This document shows positions 10,754 through 22,704 of a stretch of DNA of 33,516 nucleotides, in pieces; positions within the stretch are counted from its first letter, which is position 1, and each line of letters opens with the position of its first letter. The DNA is from Octopus bimaculoides. Its lineage: Eukaryota. The position numbers and the translations under genes are program-made. The notes under the pieces are model-generated. The model did not search any database and had not been told where the DNA came from. It was given only the letters and a program-made list of their open reading frames with translations. The stretch lies in contig NC_068995.1 of the NCBI RefSeq assembly GCF_001194135.2, forward strand, positions 44,163,793-44,197,308. Direction: 5' to 3'.

Positions 10754-11424
10754 CAGATATACATATACACACACGCGCATGTTTGTGTTTACATGCGTTT
10801 ACACGTGTTTGCACATATGTGGTGGCGTGTGCGCAAAAGTCTGAGTTGTACGTCGCAAAATGTGTGAATGTTTGGTTTTCTTTGTTATTTCAATAACTTT
10901 GTTACGATTTCGTTCACATAGAAATCTAATGAAAAGAAATTATATGCGGCAGCCATCTTAACCGGCTTCATAACAATGTGAGGTTTCTGAAAAGAATTTG
11001 CCTTATTAATTATGGAGCGCCGTAAAGAATAATGAAGCATTTGTAGAAGCTGGGTTTCCGCACCAGAATCATTTCACGTCACTAGCAACCAGCATCTGGT
11101 GTGCGTTATTATTGGTGTATTGATAAATTAATGAGTTCCTTAATTGCTGATGTCGAAAGAGTACTATTGATGCTTACCCCTTCTTGTTATGTATCTAGTG
11201 TATTGCAGTCAGTTCATCTCTGAATCATACCCCTATGTCATTTCAAACGGCTCCAACTGTTTAAAATTGTCATTGCACCTACTCTTTTACCTGTATTCAG
11301 TTTAGTGTGAGTAGTTTTGCAGTTACGTCCTTAAGCACAGTACCTTTAGGTGAGCTGTCAGAACCATATTACTTCAGTCAACCCCGAGTGACCCTTCTTT
11401 TACCACTAACTATAAGGGTATAGT

Positions 11425-11645
11425 GAGGGCGTCTGGCCTAATGGTTAGGGTACTGCACTCATAATGCTGACTTCGATTTTCGGACCGGGTGATGCATTGT
11501 GTCATTGAGCAAAGCACTTGTTACTCTAGTCCATCCAGCTGTAAATGAATTCTAACAATAGCTGGGAAGTCAACCCTGCGTGAGACCATCGTCCTGTTCA
11601 GTTGGGAGTGGTATTGTAATCTCAGTCACCCGTGGAATCCGGGTT
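11425..11645 (+). mobile_element. Probable third tRNA-derived SINE type, diverged
   Basis: tggcctaatggttag (A-box-like), ttcgattttc (B-box-like), tgtgtcattgagcaaagcact and ccatccagctgtaaatga (CORE-SINE-like). Confidence 0.5.
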
Positions 11646-12776
11646 AAGGTCCTGCTTTCTAAATCCTAAGGATCATGACAGACCCAAGATATGGTTATAT
11701 AGGTAAGCATTGTTCTTCAGTGATCAAAAAAAGATATTGCCGCACTTTGATCTTTTTGGCAGCAACGTCCGATCTTAACAGATACTTCAACTGCAATACC
11801 ATTATAACATGTCAGACAATTCCACAGAATTATACCTTCAAACGGTGTGTTTACAGTTAGTATGATGCACAGATGGCGATTTTAACTAAACCTTGTATCA
11901 GTTGAATTTACCGAATCTAACAATTTGATAATAATTTAGGACGTAGACCGTCAACATGAGCATCAACTCCAGAAACAGTCACTGGGCCGAAGTTGGCGAT
12001 AAAAGACAGACTAATATTTTTGTTTGCAACGATTACAAGTTTCACGTGTGAAGTCTGTAAAGTATAAAGTTTGTTCAAGAAGACAAAATTGTCAAATTCT
12101 TAGTTATAGTATATGCATGCCAGGTGTTATTTTTAAAATGTGGTGGTTATTATACTTATATGAAATGATTATAAAATTATGAATTTAACTATCAACAAGC
12201 CTTGTTTTTTAAAATTAACTTGACTTCGTGACAACTGGATTTACAGCTGACATGGTGTGTAATATATATCGTATAACGTGTGCTGCTAACATATAATATT
12301 CTTAAAAGCGTTTATTCACTGCATGAATATTAACTCTTTTCAATTATAGAAGAATCTCTAAATTTGAAATTATATACTTAACCAATATTTAAAAATAAGA
12401 ATAAGTTTTTATCTGATTAATTATTATGTATACTTTGAATAGTTACATGTAGTATTAAATATTACAGATGCTCCCAACGGCTGTAGAATATGGGAAAGTA
12501 AAATTATTGACATGAATCATAGTTAAATCAGTTTTAATTAGCAAGCATTAAGGATGCTGTTATATGTTCTAAGTAGTATATATTAAGCGGTAATGCGAGC
12601 AGCTGTTGACTTGAAAGGAATTTGTCGCTTGCAAAAAGAATTATAACCAGAGCTATGTATAGCAACCTTTATTTCTATTCTACAACAAATTGCAAGCTTT
12701 AAAATCTCTCAAGTAAATGCGTATTTAATTTGTTTAATAAACTCTTTGTCGGTTATATTTGACTGCAGTTACATAC

Positions 12777-12822
12777 CATTCGCAAACTGTCCCCCAACCG
12801 CCATCTTTCCGACAAACGGAGC
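12777..12822 (-). CDS. Predicted 46-bp coding exon (phase 0 to 1), APFVGKMAVGGQFAN
   Basis: GC-rich island bounded exactly by acceptor caaattacag and donor atg/gtatgt. All three frames are open; phase chosen from neighbours. Confidence 0.55.
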
Positions 12823-15729
12823 CTGTAATTTGAAGCTTTTATAAATTATATTACATTCGCTTATTCTACTAACGTTCAAAATTACATTAATATTGCAATA
12901 GAACAGTTATTTTTATCTTCAGTCGCATGATATCGAGTAAGTCGTTATATTTATTTCAATAATGTATAAATGGCACTAACTACAAAGTCTGCGAATAACT
13001 CGAGTGTCCATTTGTCACGTCAAATTAAGCTGTCTTTAAATACCAACGCAATATCATTTAGAAACGTATGGATTTTATCACTATCTTTCTTTCTCATTGG
13101 CTGTGGCGTGTGAATTAATTCATTCATTAGAAGAGAAACTCATGATTGTCACGAGGAACTCGTTTACGTGTCCTGTCCCACTACTTACTGTTTCAGTTGA
13201 ACAATATATGGCTCATTTAATCATTCTTCTGTGAATTAATGACTCCAGTATGAACATATATAAACAACCGAATATTAACGTGTTCTAAAACGAGCATTCT
13301 GTCAATATTCGGTTTCTAACTGAAACTGCCTGCTACTATCAATAATACATCTATGTCTTAGTGTCAATAAGTAAATATACTCATGTAGAGCAGAACTGGA
13401 AATTTCCTACAGAGTGCATATTACATGGCACATTGTATATACTAATATATATGTATGTACGTTTGTATGAATGTATGTATGCATATATTATGTATGTATG
13501 TATGCATGTATGTATATATGTATGTTCCCTTCTATTTTTAATTATTTAAATTCTTACTCTGAAGGAGGAGCTGGTTTCTAAGCACCATCATGAGAACGTA
13601 GATAACGTAAACAATGTCACATTTTAAACTTGAGATAAAACTTGCATATATTTATTCTTCCACTTACAGATGGTATTTTAAGGTATGCATTTATGTATGT
13701 ATGGTTTTCCTTTAAATTTTATTTAAATTCTTGTGGAAGTTTAGCCCACTTGCTAACAAAACAACAATATCTTTTGAGCTATGTATCTATGTATGTGTTT
13801 ATGTTCTCTTTATAATTTTAATTTTAGAGGAAATTTTGACCGAACACTTAGCTGGCTGCAAAGTTGTGAAAGAAAGCATTTTTTTTTAACCATAATCTTT
13901 CAAATCTTAAGGTCTTACATATGTTTATAGTCCTAGATATCGTGATCATATGAATTAAGGATTTGAATTCTTTCCCTAAGATTCAAAGGTCAACCATTCT
14001 TTGCTCCAGATGAACTGGTATGTATCCTGTCGCTTCAATATTCAACATTTTAGGAATTAATTTCTCCAGCTCTATGCATATTTGGAACATATGGACGGAA
14101 ATAGATATTTTTACAAGTACATGTAAGCTTTGAATACTACTTCCGTTTCATTAAGTACAAGAGATGTCATGACATTTATATACTTCTTATTGGCAGTATG
14201 ACGGAAGCGAAACGGTTCCAAGCCTAAATCAGATGTGAAACCCTTTATGAGAAAGATTTCTCGTTTCTTCTTCTACAGCACAGCTCATGAAAGGTACATA
14301 TTGTGAACTTTACTTGAAAGAGAATTTTCACTGAAATTATTTTGGAAAGGTAATATGAAATGTTCATTGTAAATACCACCTTTCGCCTAAAACGTCTCTT
14401 TTTAATTTCCTCATTAAACACATACATACATAAATACATACATATACATACACACATATAGAGAGAGACAGACAGACAAAACGATAGATATACATATANN
14501 NNNNNNNNNNNNNNNNNNNNNNNNNNNNNNNNNNNNNNNNNNNNNNNNNNNNNNNNNNNNNNNNNNNNNNNNNNNNNNNNNNNNNNNNNNNNNNNNNNNN
14601 NNNNNNNNNNATATATATATATATATATATATATACGCATATATGTGTGTATGTATGATTATATATATACGCACACATTCATTCGTTCATCTCTATCACC
14701 AGTCGTAGCAGCAGCACCGCACGTATTGGTTTTATTTGAGTTACATTTCAGAAAACATTTTCGAGATATAATGTCAAAATGATATTTTATCATGAAAAAC
14801 TCTCAGCCTGTCATTCATAGCTTTTCGAAACTACATATTTAGCTTACATGCTTAAAGAATATTAAACCAAAACTTAACAAAAGAGAAAATGGCAAATAAA
14901 ATTTGAAATCTTTTATTGGATAAATTAATAGATATAAATACAGAGGAGTAGAAAAGGATGGAACATCTCACAGATATATGACAAAATACAATGATGCTAA
15001 TCCATATGCAGACGAACAAAGTAATTATGAAACCTATAGCACGTGTTCCATCCTTGTAAGTTATATTTTTTTTTCAAAATCCACCACGCAAGCGCAGTTT
15101 CAGTCGGCAGAAAATGAAAAATGCCGAAAAAAATTTTGAAAAGCTAATATCAATACTTAGACATATATATAGGGTATCAAACTTTTACAAAGTTCACTAC
15201 CAGTGGCCTAGCATGTATAAAAAGTCAATAGATGACATACTATTCAATTTAAAATAGTGTAACAAGTAATTTCTATACGCTAGGAGAAAGTTACGGTCGA
15301 AAAATGTAAAGGCGATAAATGAACAATGAATATTATACAAAATGATGCCTGCTTTTCAGTGGGAAAGTCAAATTCAAATGCGAAAGTCAAATATTATTAT
15401 TATCCGTATAATATTTTATTAGACGCCATTTTATACGCCTAGTATATCTGGAGGAATTCAAAAACTGTAAGTAAAAACATTTAAATACATTTTAAATGGT
15501 ACTGCTTGAGTGGGGCTCAATGCAGACGTTTCATTATCATTAACTTTATACATTTTATACATTTCATGTCATCCGTTTTATGTTTTTGTCCCCACACTGT
15601 GGTGTTGTCTGTCCTTGTATTGTCTCCTCTCTGTTTGAGCCTGAGTGCTTGTTATAAAGAATAAAACATATTCTTACGCTTCTCGTAAGATACGAACCGA
15701 ACCGTCCAAAACAAAAACTGATAGAAATT

Positions 15730-15778
15730 GTGCTCCAGAATAGCTGCAGTCCAATGACTGAAACGAGTGAAAGTACAA
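15730..15778 (+). mobile_element. SINE family 1 3'-end fragment
   Basis: gtgctccagaatagctgcagtccaatgactgaaacgagtgaaag vs 2629-2670. Confidence 0.55.
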
Positions 15779-15979
15779 GGTCATCCTCATCCCCCTTTAA
15801 CAAGCTGGAACTTTCGGGAATATATTTTCAAGTATATTTGCGTGTGAAAGTATATTTGAAAGTGAAAATGAAATTATGTATGTGGTTCGCGTAGATATAT
15901 CGAAGTGTATAGACAATAAAAGAACAGAACATTGTGTAGACGTTACAGTATTTATTTATTTACTTATTTACTTATTTAC

Positions 15980-16042
15980 AGAAAGGTCTGAGTTGCAACT
16001 TGTCACCATTCCAAGTTCCTCGTTAGATGTCCCTTCGAGCGA
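15980..16042 (-). CDS. Predicted 63-bp symmetric coding exon (phase 0 to 0), SLEGTSNEELGMVTSCNSDLS
   Basis: Strong acceptor tttttctcattag, donor tct/gtaaat. Only phase 0 is open, matching both flanking exons. Confidence 0.55.
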
Positions 16043-16340
16043 CTAATGAGAAAAATCAAATATTAACGGCTCTGTATTACACGAGCTTTCATGTGGTTTT
16101 CTGACTGGTAAACATTTTGGTCAGTTTTAAGTGAGGAAGAACTTGGCATTGTCTTATTGTTGCGTGCTTTGTTGAAGACTGTTTTAGCTTTTGATTTTGT
16201 TTTGTTTTGTTTATTTTGGTTTTTCTTTTCTAATTCTATTAAAAGACTTTTCATTTCAGATTTATTTCTTGATATTCCTTGTTGTACTTTCGCCCATATC
16301 GACCACAAAGTAAAGTTGCTGAAACATTTTAAAATAAAGA

Positions 16341-16569
16341 CATCATCGTCGTCGTCATCCTCATCGTTATTATCACCGACATCATCATCATTATCGTTAT
16401 CATCATCGTCCTCGTCATCATCATCATTATCGTCATCACCATCGTCATCATCATCATCATCATCAACACAGCCACTAATTTCATCATCATCATAATCATC
16501 ACCACTACCACCACAACTTCCACCATTATTATGACTGTCAAATTACATCATCATAAACATCAGCCTCTA

Positions 16570-16617
<48 letters not shown>

Positions 16618-16969
16618 TATCATCATCATCATCATCATCACCATCATCATCGTCTTTTTCTTCTTTTATCACCATCACCATCATTATCTTCATCATCATC
16701 ATCAACAACATTATCACCATCATCATCATTATCATCAACACCAACAACATCATCATCATTATAATCATCATCATCATCACCGATAGCAATAGCAGCAACA
16801 TCATCACCACCACTGCCACCAGTACGACTATCACCATCATCACCACTACTAAAACCATCACCACCGCCACCACCACCGCCGCCACCACAACCATCATCAT
16901 CACCATCATAATCATCATCATCATCATCATCGTCATCATCATCATCATCATCATCATCATTTATCAACA
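16341..16969. repeat. Compound (CAT)n/(CAC)n/(CAA)n trinucleotide block, ~630 bp
   Basis: Direct reading. It explains the poly-S/H/D/M ORFs in the track. Confidence 0.95.
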
Positions 16970-16984
16970 ACAAAATATACTTAC

Positions 16985-17168
16985 GTTGGCCACCCTTAAC
17001 ACACTCACCAAGTCTCCCACCCTGAGTCCAAAAGTTATCACCGTCAGAGCATTGACCTTAACTTTGTAATGACCCCCACCGTTCATCTCTCCCATGGACC
17101 GATTCCCAGAGACCAATTTGTCTAACGGGCCACTCTGGCTGTCTAATAAATCATGGTAGATATTTTTA
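16985..17168 (-). CDS. Predicted coding exon (phase 2 to 0), KNIYHDLLDSQSGPLDKLVSGNRSMGEMNGGGHYKVKVNALTVITFGLRVGDL(VSVLRVAN)
   Basis: Acceptor gtatttctgtctag; donor aac/gtaagt, plus an in-frame alternative donor ttg/gtgagt at 17009. 61 open codons, GC-enriched, inside track ORF 16964..17395. Confidence 0.6.
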
Positions 17169-17283
17169 CTAGACAGAAATACAAGACAATGTAGAAAATA
17201 GCCTTCATAGTGTATCACAGTCATCACTGGTTTTATTACTGACGTACGTGAAGTGAAATATCGTAAAACATCCATAAGACCGG

Positions 17284-17284
<1 letters not shown>

Positions 17285-17320
<36 letters not shown>

Positions 17321-17835
17321 TGATGATGATGATGATGATGATGATAAAATCTTTTTTAGCCACAAGGGCTCAAATGCAACAACATTAAATGACATGGCAC
17401 AGACGCAAAAGACAACACACGACGAGGTAACGTGTTTTCAGCGTGTAAACAAAATATAACAATAAAAAATTAAACAAATTAAAACTATTAGTAGGGAAGG
17501 CGCTTTAAGGTCCTCGTGGGAAAACCCACAAAAGCCATGGGTGCCCGATCAACAAGGCAAGAGCCCTTCTCCTTTAATTTTTTACGGGTGTATGCTCAGA
17601 ACTGGTCCTTTCACACTGGCCATTCTTCCAGCATTCACTCACCTTTCAACCAACTTGCTACAAAGCAATACTTCCCTCTCCACCCTCAACCTCCTCTTCA
17701 AGCGAAACTTGAAGAAGTTGATGAGGGCTTGGCCAAAGAGGAAAGTGTCTGACTTTAGCCCTTTCAGACGAATCCACCATACAACCTCTTATGCACCAGA
17801 CAAATAAAAATTGCCTGCCCCTCCCGGCCAAAGTA
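17285..17835 (-). mobile_element. 5'-truncated non-LTR retrotransposon 3' end, Tx1/L1-like
   Basis: Minus frame GQAIFICLV/EVVWWIRLKGLKSDTFLFGQALINFFKFRLKRRLRVEREVLLCSKLVER*VNAGRMASVKGPVLSIHP* (stop 17582-84) resembles Tx1 ORF2 C-termini. Followed by a ~240-bp 3' UTR and an (ATC)n(ATT)n tail. Confidence 0.6.
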
Positions 17836-18058
17836 TTATGCTTAGGGTGTCATATATTTGGTTTTGCACATAGAATTGTTCTAGAAAATGTTTAAGAAAA
17901 CATGAGAAAATTATTGGTTTGTTTTAAAATTTGTGATTACATAAATGTGGGCAGTTCCCATGAGCTATTATTATTATCATTATTATTATTATTTCATATA
18001 CGCACTACAGATTAGACTTTTTTTCCAACAGTCTAATACGCTGTGTGTATATGAAGTA

Positions 18059-18060
18059 AC

Positions 18061-18121
<61 letters not shown>
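18059..18121. repeat. (AAT)n microsatellite
   Basis: Direct reading. Confidence 0.95.
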
Positions 18122-18389
18122 GGATATTGTATTATTGGTTGAACGAAAGTTTGCCTGTTCTTTTGTTTCATTTATATAATCAATTATGAACAAGTTTGCC
18201 AGAACACGAAATCATGTATGGAAGTTTACTTCACCCATTCAAGAAAAACATAGCAAAACGAAGTGACCGGAGTATTAAGATTGCATGCCTATATGTATGT
18301 GTATGTCTGTGTGTGCGTTTAAATGTATGTATATTTACGTATATACAAATAAATATATATATATTTATGCATATACATATTTGTGTCTG

Positions 18390-18559
<170 letters not shown>

Positions 18560-19184
18560 NNNNNNNNNNNNNNNNNNNNNNNNNNNNNNNNNNNNNNNNN
18601 NNNNNNNNNNNNNNNNNNNNNNNNNNNNNNNNNNNNNNNNNNNNNNNNNNNNNNNNNNNNNNNNNNNNNNNNNNNNNNNNNNNNNNNNNNNNNNNNNNNN
18701 NNNNNNNNNNNNNNNNNNNNNNNNNNNNNNNNNNNNNNNNNNNNNNNNNNNNNNNNNNNNNNNTTTTTTTTTTTTTTTTTTACTTGGAACTTAGTTATTA
18801 GAATAAATGTATGATTTATTTCCCCCGAGAGAGAGAAATCAATTTTATTGTGCTGCAATTGATTTGCATGATTTATACATAGAGTTAAAAGTTGGTCGTA
18901 ATTTCTTCTGGTTTTATTTTCTCCTCCTACATTAACGACTAATTCTCTGCAAGCTCAGCCTTTATAACCAGCCAGAGCCGTAGCTAACCAGGTAATGCCA
19001 ACAAGTAACAGTGTTTCGTTCAGAAGATTGACTCGTAAGAACGTGATTCGTAGTTAAAGCCTAGAGCCTGGCACCTCAAGCAAGTGCGTTAAACATTAGC
19101 CTAGGGCTGGATCTATTGCCGTGTGGCGGAAATTTGATGAAAAGAAACTGTGCGGAAACCATCGGATATTTGCGTCTCTGTGTA

Positions 19185-19231
<47 letters not shown>

Positions 19232-20204
19232 NNNNNNNNNNNNNNNNNNNNNNNNNNNNNNNNNNNNNNNNNNNNNNNNNNNNNNNNNNNNNNNNNNNNN
19301 NNNNNNNNNNNNNNNNNNNNNNNNNNNNNNNNNNNNNNNNNNNNNNNNNNNNNNNNNNNNNNNNNNNNNNNNNNNNNNNNNNNNNNNNNNNNNNNNNNNN
19401 NNNNNNNNNNNNNNNNNNNNNNNNNNNNNNNNNNNNNNNNNNNNNNNNNNNNNNNNNNNNNNNNNNNNNNNNNNNNNNNNNNNNNNNNNNNNNNNNNNNN
19501 NNNNNNNNNNNNNNNNNNNNNNNNNNNNNNNNNNNNNNNNNNNNNNNNNNNNNNNNNNNNNNNNNNNNNNNNNNNNNNNNNNNNNNNNNNNNNNNNNNNN
19601 NNNNNNNNNNNNNNNNNNNNNNNNNNNNNNNNNNNNNNNNNNNNNNNNNNNNNNNNNNNNNNNNNNNNNNNNNNNNNNNNNNNNNNNNNNNNNNNNNNNN
19701 NNNNNNNNNNNNNNNNNNNNNNNNNNNNNNNNNNNNNNNNNNNNNNNNNNNNNNNNNNNNNNNNNNNNNNNNNNNNNNNNNNNNNNNNNNNNNNNNNNNN
19801 NNNNNNNNNNNNNNNNNNNNNNNNNNNNNNNNNNNNNNNNNNNNNNNNNNNNNNNNNNNNNNNNNNNNNNNNNNNNNNNNNNNNNNNNNNNNNNNNNNNN
19901 NNNNNNNNNNNNNNNNNNNNNNNNNNNNNNNNNNNNNNNNNNNNNNNNNNNNNNNNNNNNNNNNNNNNNNNNNNNNNNNNNNNNNNNNNNNNNNNNNNNN
20001 NNNNNNNNNNNNNNNNNNNNNNNNNNNNNNNNNNNNNNNNNNNNNNNNNNNNNNNNNNNNNNNNNNNNNNNNNNNNNNNNNNNNNNNNNNNNNNNNNNNN
20101 NNNNNNNATATTTATATTTTATACTGTGAAACATAATTTAATTTTAATTTTTAGTAAATTGAATTTAATTGAGTTTTTACCTGTAAATTTGGATTTTTAT
20201 CCCT

Positions 20205-20245
<41 letters not shown>

Positions 20246-21028
20246 GCAGCCGTCTGTCTTACGAATTCTACTCGAAAGATATTAGTCTCGTCTCGAGGTT
20301 TGAATAAAAAGAAACGTGACCAGAGTGCTGTTGTTCAATGAAATCAAACCTGAATCTTCTTAGCCAAATGTTTATGCCAGCGCTTAACGCGCAAACAACC
20401 GGTAAAGCACCAGGATAAAAATACCTGAAGGAAGAGGAGAGATGTGTTTACAAGAACGAATAAATTATAATCATCATCATCATCGTCGTCGTCGTCGTCC
20501 TCGTCGCCACCATGTCAAAATCTGCAGAGATAGTAACAATATAATTATTTCTAGGTTTGATACATGCACAAACACATATGGCCAGACCATATCGAGCATT
20601 TTTTTTTTTATCAAAGTGGGGCGTAGCAGTATCACATGTGACGTGGGCGTAAATAAGTATCTCATAACAGGGCGTAAATAATAGCACGTTGATATACCTT
20701 ACAATAAAGTCTTAACTAAAACTTCTTTTTTAAACAGTAGCACACATAACATTAACACACACACGCATGCGCGTGCACGCACAAACTTACGCACACGCCT
20801 GCCCCTATATATAATATCCAATATTCTAGTCAATACGATGCAATATATATCGAGTGCGAAGTGCACTGAATAACCAGCTGGAGGAGGTGTCCTCCTGGAG
20901 TTAAAATAGCAATATCGTCTGTTGGACACCTACGTTTAGGTAACTTTACTTCATAATATAAATACTGCTTTCATCTCCAAAAAAAATTTCTTAACGAGCT
21001 ACTTTGGTAGTATAGATAGATAGATACA

Positions 21029-21062
<34 letters not shown>

Positions 21063-21664
21063 CATACATACGTACATACATATGTATGTATATACACACA
21101 CACACACACATGTGTGTGTGTGTGTGTGTGTGCGTACTTGCGTGCGTGCGTATGTGTGTGCCATATACTAACTCTATCCGACTGTGGTGGTATGCCATTT
21201 TTGTTTTTTCAAATCGAAAAGCGGTGTTGAACAGAATAAAAATTGAGAAACATTGCTGTAACGCCTACCCTGTTGATTCAACTAGGAATTAATAATATAA
21301 TATGGACGATTAAGTTCATTCCAATACTTTCCTACTACCACCATTACCACCCTCGTGATGTAGATTTAGAAACTGGACAGTTGTTAAGATAATAACGTCT
21401 TAGTAGAATTAGTTTTACATTGCTATAACTTTTTGATATAGCTAAGTTTTACTGTTGGTCTTGACTCAGTAGGTACATGTTCACAATTCAACGTCTGACA
21501 GCAAATAAACTATTTAAATTACGTAACACATTACAGCGATGTTCTTAGAGACGTAGAGTGGCTGTGACAAACGGGTTATAGTTTGGAGAAAGTGGTGGAC
21601 GTTACAGGCGTGGACGAAAAAATATGTACAGAGGTAAATGAGATGGAGGCGTGATGTGTTATTT

Positions 21665-21900
21665 CTTTACTACCCACAAGGGGCTACACACAGAGGGGAC
21701 AAACAAGGACAGACAAACAAGGACAGACAAACGGATTAAGTCGATTATATCGACCCCAGTGCGTAACTGGTACTTATTTAATCGACCCCGAAAGGATGAA
21801 AGGCAAAGTCGACCTCGGCGGAATTTGAACTCAGAACGTAGCGGCAGACGAAATACCGCTAAGCATTTCGCCCGGCGTGCTAACGTTTCTGCCAGCTCGC
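21665..21900 (-). mobile_element. SINE family 2, apparently young copy with a different 3' tail
   Basis: gaccccgaaaggatgaaaggcaaagtcgacctcggcggaatttgaactc; CpGs retained. Confidence 0.85.
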
Positions 21901-22148
21901 GTGATGTGTAGAGGAGTGTTGTGATGTATGTATGTACGTATGTATGTATGTATGTATGCATGTATGTATGTATGGTGTACAAATATACAACAGGGATGAT
22001 GTAATAATCTTATCTTGACACCTGTTTCGGATCTAGCATGACTTATGCCACAACCATATCTATTATGTAATAGTAACCCATAATATTGTAGCTGTATGGA
22101 ATACACGAATTTTTATAGATCCGTGAGGCGAAATTATATTATCCTCAC

Positions 22149-22260
22149 CAGGAGTTTTGGGGTCAGATAAAATAAAGTCCTTAACCAATGCGGTGGGCAG
22201 GCGGAACTCTGAGAACATCGGACCAGTTGCTTTGCAGTATTTGTTCCGGTTCCTTGTGTT
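22149..22260 (-). CDS. Candidate exon (phase 0 to 1), NTRNRNKYCKATGPMFSEFRLPTALVKDFILSDPKTP
   Basis: Good donor ctg/gtgagg, weak acceptor gaatgcag, GC-enriched. Not phase-compatible with exon 17168 without a missing exon. Confidence 0.35.
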
Positions 22261-22335
22261 CTGCATTCAAATCCTATTATAGCCTATTTGCGTGGTAGGT
22301 TTAATCTGTTGGCCGGTATGACACTATCGTTGTAC

Positions 22336-22435
22336 ATATGCTCCTTTGGCCGAGTCCAAGCATTCGGGCCGGGATTCCGGTTCGAGGATACTTATTTCTC
22401 TCCCTCCAACTATCCCCATGGTACTGCCTTCCTTC
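22336..22435 (-). CDS. Candidate exon (phase 2 to 0), KEGSTMGIVGGREISILEPESRPECLDSAKGAY
   Basis: Acceptor tcttcttgtcag, weak donor tat/gtacaa. Same frame as 22149-22260 across a 75-bp gap that holds two stops. Confidence 0.3.
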
Positions 22436-22558
22436 CTGACAAGAAGATTTTTTTTTAATCAAGGGGAAGCGAAAATACAATTTATTTTAGCTTTTAATAA
22501 AACATAAACGTGTACATGTATAGATATACATACGTACATACATACATACATACATACA

Positions 22559-22592
<34 letters not shown>

Positions 22593-22704
22593 CATGCATG
22601 CACATATATCTACATATATACAGATATACATACATATATACTTACACGCATATATACATACATGCACATATACATGCATACGCATATACATGCATACGCA
22701 TAAA

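Noticed and set aside
11920-12054. Minus frame TSHVKLVIVANKNISLSFIANFGPVTVSGVDAHVDG after a good acceptor
   Set aside because: Wrong phase for the chain, and a stop precedes the nearest donor.
12777-12822. Alternative frame SVCRKDGGWGTVCE resembling the SRCR WGTVC motif
   Set aside because: Phase is incompatible with both neighbours, and there is no other SRCR sequence.
13189-13228. Minus segment with excellent splice sites (ttcacag / gtaagt)
   Set aside because: Stops in all three frames. At most a non-coding or poison exon.
16329-16973. Poly-His, poly-Asp, poly-Ser and poly-Met ORFs
   Set aside because: All frames of a (CAT)n block; no splice or codon evidence.
17105-17140. PLDKLVSG resembling the LDKLIDG motif of KATNIP/DUF4457
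   Set aside because: The following WL.PF...LRIWNYN signature is absent, so no gene name is assigned.
20703-21281. 13-bp microexons (20703-20715, 21269-21281) that would bridge phase 1 to 2
   Set aside because: Two unrelated candidates fit equally well, which shows chance occurrence.
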